Below are positions 58,161 to 64,000 of a stretch of 64,000 nt of DNA, piece after piece (the stretch's first letter is position 1; each line of letters starts with the position of its first letter). The position numbers and the translations under genes are program-made. The notes below the pieces were generated by a model. That model ran no database searches. It saw nothing but the letters and a program-made list of their open reading frames with translations, and was not told where the DNA came from. The stretch is taken from the NCBI GenBank assembly GCA_012295275.1, contig CM022670.1, positions 28,582,001 to 28,646,000 of the forward strand, given 5' to 3'. This DNA comes from Chrysomallon squamiferum (taxonomy: Eukaryota; Animalia; Mollusca).

Positions 58161-58260
58161 CTCAAGCCATTCGTGTTCGGTTGACTAGTTACTTTGGCAG
58201 TGCTGTGAATGCGCGTTTCGCAAAGCAAGAGGAAAGCGTGTGGTTACGAAGAGGCAAGGC
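58161..58260 (-). other. Candidate 5' UTR exon of the METTL7-like gene
   Basis: Donor GAG|GTAAGG at 58160 could splice to the cttcaag| acceptor at 57244; CpG-containing surroundings. The 5' boundary is unknown. Confidence 0.4.
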
Positions 58261-58666
58261 TGTGTAACACTACACCGCTGGGCACCACGAGCGAGTCGCA
58301 TCCAAAACAGCTGTCTAACAAAACCTTCGGCATTTCCAGTAACAGTCCATGTATCGCAGACAGAAATATATATAATGCGTTACATCAGCAGAGATGATGT
58401 CGAAAAGATATTGGAAATAGCGTTGGGAATAATTTATTATAAAATTAAAAAAGCTAAAAAGGTGTACTGTGATTGCTGACAGCTGGTTGCTGTTTTGATG
58501 GAACACACACTGAATGGGCAAGAGATACTGAATAATGATGTTCCTTCTGTATAATCTCTTTGCCTTTCTCTCTGTTTTGTTTTATATGTATATATAAATT
58601 TCTATATTTTTAGGGAACTGACCAAAATGTTGCTTTCTGGGACGGAACTATGTTTAACTTTACTTG

Positions 58667-58700
<34 letters not shown>

Positions 58701-59178
58701 CCCCCACACACACACACAACCCCCCCTACACACACACACACAGACATATATATTCATTCAAAGTTACTTCTTCAGTGTTTGACTCTTGGTTTAGATCTTT
58801 AAAGATCATTTTGAAAAGGATTTTAAATTTAACAAAATAACAAATAACTCGTTATTTAAGAACTATTTGCGGATAACATAAATATGCATGAATCTAGTAC
58901 TCCCGAGAACGGAGTGTTCAGAAATAAAACAGTTATTTTCATTTAAATTTTGTATTATTTAGGACTGCAGGACTGAAGGAGTAACTGGTTACTATCTTAT
59001 AATATCAGCTTTATCCTCTCTTCAAATCGGCATCCTAACCTTCAAAGGATAAAGCTGATATCTAAAGACAGTAACACATTATTCCATCTCTCTGTCTCTC
59101 TCTTTCTGTACTTTGCCACAATCTCGGGCATCGTTGATCCTCTCACCCTCAAATGTTTACACCCCCACACACACACAA

Positions 59179-59182
<4 letters not shown>

Positions 59183-59260
<78 letters not shown>
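59183..59260. repeat. (GA)n microsatellite
   Basis: Direct reading. Confidence 0.97.
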
Positions 59261-59265
<5 letters not shown>

Positions 59266-60108
59266 CTAATTAATAATTTATTAAAATATTAAAACATTTG
59301 ATTTTATCAGTATATAAACTAAAACATAAGAAAGCAAAATAAATCCGGAAATATTGGAGATTATATCAAATATAAGTTATTTATCTAAGAAATTGATTCA
59401 TTTAGTTATTTATTCATATATTTATTTATTTTACTAACACTGAAAGTAAAAATAAATTATTAAACAGTTATTTAATGTGATAGCAGGCGAGAATTTATTG
59501 TATTCTGTGAAAAATAAATTGCTAAAATTTGAGTAATGTATGTGCGCGCGCGTGTGTGTACAAACACACACATATATATGTACTTACATATATGTACATA
59601 TAAAGGGAGAGATAGACAGATAGTCTGAGAGATATAGATACATACAAACGTACAAACACAAATATAAAAAAAGGAAGTACCCAAAGAAATAAATTCACTA
59701 ATAACATAATCATCATTTTCTTCATCACAAAGATTTCAATCACAGTTATCATCAAATAATAATATTAAAGTAATAATTATACTACAACTACTACTAGTAC
59801 TAGTATTACTACTATTACTTCTAGTAATAATAATAACCGAATATATTTCGATGATATATGCACTCATGCACAGTTAGTTACATATATTCACTAGCCAGAT
59901 GATTTCACAGAATTGCTACACGGAAAATAATTCAATGCAGTACTTCCACGCATGAACCTAAGACTCAGAGATAAGTGACTGATCCGTGGCATTTTGTATT
60001 TTATACGTCGCCCATGTGTTTCCAATCTAGTAGTAATAATAGCAACGATGGGTTCGTTATCTTGTCCGCGAAGAACCGCCGTAACAACCACAACGGCTGC
60101 GGTTTAGA

Positions 60109-60286
60109 CTATATCTGGAAAAAAGATCTCCAAGGTAATACTCTCTCAGTGTAGTGAAAGGTGATCTGTCTTGTATCAGTAAATGATGCATACCCACACT
60201 TACCTTCTTATACTTGGTGGAGCCGAAAGAAGCATGATCAGCAAATTCAGGATTATCCGTGAGTAAAACGTATTGGTGATGTTTAC
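60109..60286 (-). other. Spliced exon pair of uncertain coding status (83-nt exon 60286-60204, 89-nt intron, next exon from 60114)
   Basis: ttttattcag| ... AAG|GTAAGT, then ttttttccag|. One frame reads KHHQYVLLTDNPEFADHASFGSTKYKK|I*. Confidence 0.35.
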
Positions 60287-61119
60287 CTGAATAAAATTGC
60301 CGCTTTCAAATTTGTTTATTGTTTGCTTGTACTCTAGATATAAGAAAGTCTCTTTAAGACACACAATGTAAGAAAAAGAGTTTTATAGTTTTATTAATAG
60401 TTTAGCATATTTAACTGTAGCTTTGGGCATCGATAACAGCAATCCAGAACTACAAAGATTCGAGATTTACTTGCTAGGTCATTTTGGTTGGTATCAGTGG
60501 AAAAGGATTTCTTGGTCCAAGAAAGTTTCAAAGTTTTATATTATGGAAAAACCACCGAATTCTGCATATCGCTTTTCGTATCGTTAATGTATGACCATCT
60601 TAATTACTTTAATGTAGCAGCTTATTACTGTCAGCAATATGGTAAGATTTGTATAAAAATTCAAATGCCGAACACATTCATTTAACTTGTTTAGATAACA
60701 GACCAGTTAAAAACTAGATAATCATGATATTGTGAAAATATTTTTCAACTTTTCATGTCGAAGAGTTTGCTGCTAGAATCACAGCTTTTAAGTTGCAACT
60801 GGTATCCACTTAGTAACACTTTACACAGACGAACATAATCTGATGAAATAAAAATATTTTTATTTTGTCTAAAATAAGTTAATGGGTTACGAAATCTAAA
60901 GACTTATTAACTGTTCTGAATGAAATAAACATTTGTATAATGCTGTTTGACTTCAAAACGTTTGTACTGTTATCCTTTCTTAATCTAATTACTTTTTGGC
61001 TAGCGCCATTGTTCATCACCTTGGTTTAGAATATAGCTGTTGTTAAGCGGTGGAAATTAGTAGCACTCAGAAGAAAGATAACTCTTCCTCTCCCGTTCAT
61101 TTTGCATATATAAATATGT

Positions 61120-61163
<44 letters not shown>

Positions 61164-61259
61164 AATACAACTTTCTTTTGAGGATATAAACGCCATGATA
61201 TTCTCGAAATTTGTAATTATAGCAGTATTTGTGTATCAAACAGTTTTACATCATTTCAC

Positions 61260-61600
61260 CCCCCCACCCCCGTTACGACAGCTATCTATTTTAACGTCAT
61301 TATATCAAGGCATAGGTTTTTGTCATTTTTAAAATTCATACATTTATTATTAAATACGGCTATGACAACGTCACTGGGCTGAAACACGGTAATTCATAAG
61401 CGACCAATCAGTTACACCGCAGCATTCTATGATGAAATTTGTCCACAGACTGTCACAAAAATAATGGCCAAAAGTAGTCTAATACTAGTGTTACATTAAA
61501 ACAAGGAAACAGAAACAGAAAATACAGACGAAAAGGAATAATATTTGATAAGATAACAGTCAGCTGTCATCTTTTCGCCAAACCGCAACAAAATGATTTC
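61260..61600. promoter_or_regulatory. Candidate (possibly bidirectional) promoter with an NF-Y CCAAT box
   Basis: GACCAATCAG at ~61402-61411; local CpG cluster at the edge of the CpG-poor region. Confidence 0.4.
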
Positions 61601-61848
61601 CACGCTTGCATTCTCTACTGTAATTCTAGCAGACGATATATTTCAACACTCTTCAGGTAGCATTTCAGATTTTAGTTGTTGTTTTTTTGTTTATTTAATT
61701 AATTAATTAATTAATTTATTTTTTTTCAATTAGTCAGTATTAATGGGGAATCGTATTTTATGTTCTATAGAAATAATTGATTAAAATGTGAAAAATTATA
61801 GAATTATTTTTCACTGGTATCTAAATTTATAAATTACAGATCACAGTG

Positions 61849-61896
61849 ATGTCAAACAAGCATCAAAGAGAAAATTTTGACATGCAGATGATACAG
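61849..61896 (+). CDS. Probable first coding exon of a plus-strand gene that continues to the right
   Basis: Acceptor ttacag| at 61839, MSNKHQRENFDMQMIQ, donor CAG|GTAAGG; upstream donor CAG|GTAGCA at 61657; downstream DNA becomes CpG-poor. Confidence 0.45.
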
Positions 61897-64000
61897 GTAA
61901 GGAGCAGGACAAAATAAAAGTTTAAAAAAAAAAAAAAAAAAGTACATAAGAATAAAAATTACCATTATTATTTTCTCTTATTAATACTTTTAATTATCTG
62001 AAAATTATATTCACACCAAACTCTTTTTCCTATCTATTTTAAAGTTTATTTATTTAATAAAAATTGAAAATTTGTGAATAATGTATATGAATCTTTAGTT
62101 CTTTATGGGTTTTCACTAAACTTTTCCAATATTAGAGCTGCATAATATGCTATTACTAATGTACATTGGAATTCATTTTAATATGTACATTATAATTATC
62201 TTAGGTTAATGCTGTTTATTTTCTTGCTGATCAAGATGGGATCTCACTGGGAAACTGCAGCCAAATACAACATTCCTTTTCTTCTGCTATGTAACATGTA
62301 TTCCACTTAGACATCCAAGCAAAAGTTCTGGATTGTATTGCTGTATTGTGTGAGGTTATTAATTTTTTATGTAATCTTTGAAATTGTTCTGTGCTTAGGT
62401 ACAGGATATATAGCAACCTGTTTTACAGATTTACATAGTTTATTGAAATTTCTGCACACATAAATTATGTATTGCTCTACAGGTTAATGAATCTGATTTG
62501 TTATTATGTTTTCATGTTCTCTTCCGATATTATTAAATTTAAGGGGAAATTTTACTTTTGTGCAAAAAGATATTAGCAGAGAGGTTGGTTATTTGTGAAG
62601 AATAACATTCATTTACATTCATGCATACCCTTGGACTCAATTATAGTTTCATTCTGTCTCTGTTCATAATCATATTGTACTTCTTCACCTGATCATTTTA
62701 TTATCTCAAACATCTAGGCAAAGTCAGTTTTATTTTCACCTTGTAGCATCTGGCAATTTTAAACAAATAATGTCCTAAACAAAGAATCATAAATGACAGT
62801 GGGCAAAAGAAGTAACAGTAATTTATCTGACAGATTACTACCAGTACATACATTCATCCATACACACACACAGGTTCATATTTCTTCTTTCTTTCTTTTT
62901 TTCAGTAAGGTAAAACAAATACAATTCTCAGGTAACTTGTTTCAAAGTTTTTAAATAAATACCTTGTTGCCTTAGAGATTTTTGTATTCAAAGGGAAATA
63001 GTGTAAATATATTCTGCACACCTCCAAATTAATTTTTATTATTTTTTTTTTATTCTAGATAACAAAGTATAAGAATAAAATAATACAGTTTAAAATATCT
63101 GTTTAAAATATCTGTATTTCTGTAATGAAATCATTGACAGAGGAGAAATATTTGCTTTCAGTCTGTTATGTACAGGATGACATTGCTACTCCAGTCGTTT
63201 GTAACAGGTATTAATTTATTGTCAGAGCTGATTAAAAAGCCTATTCTGAGCTTTTCTGCTGACAGATAAATATGAGATGTCAAGATGTCAATCACACATA
63301 CATAGAAGTGAGAAAAAGATATTTAAAGAAATATTATTGCTTTAAAATATCTGTATTAAACTTGTATATTTAACTGGATAAAACTTTTTAATTTCCCCTT
63401 CTCAGATATATATTGTTAGATATCTAAAGATGTGGTAATAAATAAACTGAATTTAACTTTTGTTCTCTTTAATATATCTTTAAACTAGTAATGTGAATCT
63501 GGAGTTGTGACCATATATATGCTATTTGGTAACAAACCTTTTTTAGTTTTGTTGCAATTGTACAAAAATTAAGCAACGTTTTTATTATTATTATTATTGA
63601 TTATATTTTTACTTATTCATTTTTCACTCTGGTTAGCAAGAACTTTTTATGGTTTTTCTATGTAAAATATGAATAACAAACAAGAACAAAAAAATCAATT
63701 AATGTTTTTATTTCTGATTTTTTTGACAAATCGACTAGTGTACAGCATGGTGTATTTTTGCTGATAAATACAATTCCCATTTCCCTGAGCAGAAGTCCCA
63801 GCTTTTTTTCAGTATAATAACATGGGCTACAAAGATTACAGTTTTGGTTTTGTGCCAACATATTTATCTATTGCATAATAATTATTATTATCAACTGGTA
63901 AATCAAGAACATTTTGTATTTTTGTTTCCCCAACTAATTTGTCAGATTTGGCATTCCCACAACATAAAATACTGCAGCCTTAATGCTATCAAGATAGAGC

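Noticed and set aside
63658-63861. Minus-strand ORF with faint Tc1-like LLREMG wording
   Set aside because: Too short, with no DDE motif or TIRs visible.

Overview
This is AT-rich, microsatellite-dense eukaryotic DNA with spliceosomal introns. The SINE-like relics resemble gastropod mollusc repeats, but that assignment is my inference. I assembled three minus-strand genes by hand from splice sites and exon phases. (1) A 12-exon, 834-aa non-NMDA ionotropic glutamate receptor-family gene (6158-25884), with a GC-AG intron, a genomically encoded Arg at the Q/R site and a ligand pocket that looks glycine/delta-type rather than glutamate-type. (2) A 17-coding-exon, ~1176-codon uncharacterised gene (29384-41092), with a BC-box/Cul-box-like motif, TPR-like helices and a beta-rich C-terminus. 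Its 74-nt exon 9 carries an in-frame TGA, and a same-phase stop-free 20/23-nt micro-exon candidate lies ~40 nt downstream. (3) A METTL7/TMT1-like thiol methyltransferase with two coding exons (45817-57025). A probable plus-strand gene starts near 61.4-61.9 kb. The rest is microsatellites, degenerate minisatellites, old SINE copies and a hAT-like relic. Most ORF-track entries are low-complexity artefacts. No prokaryotic features or CRISPR arrays were seen.
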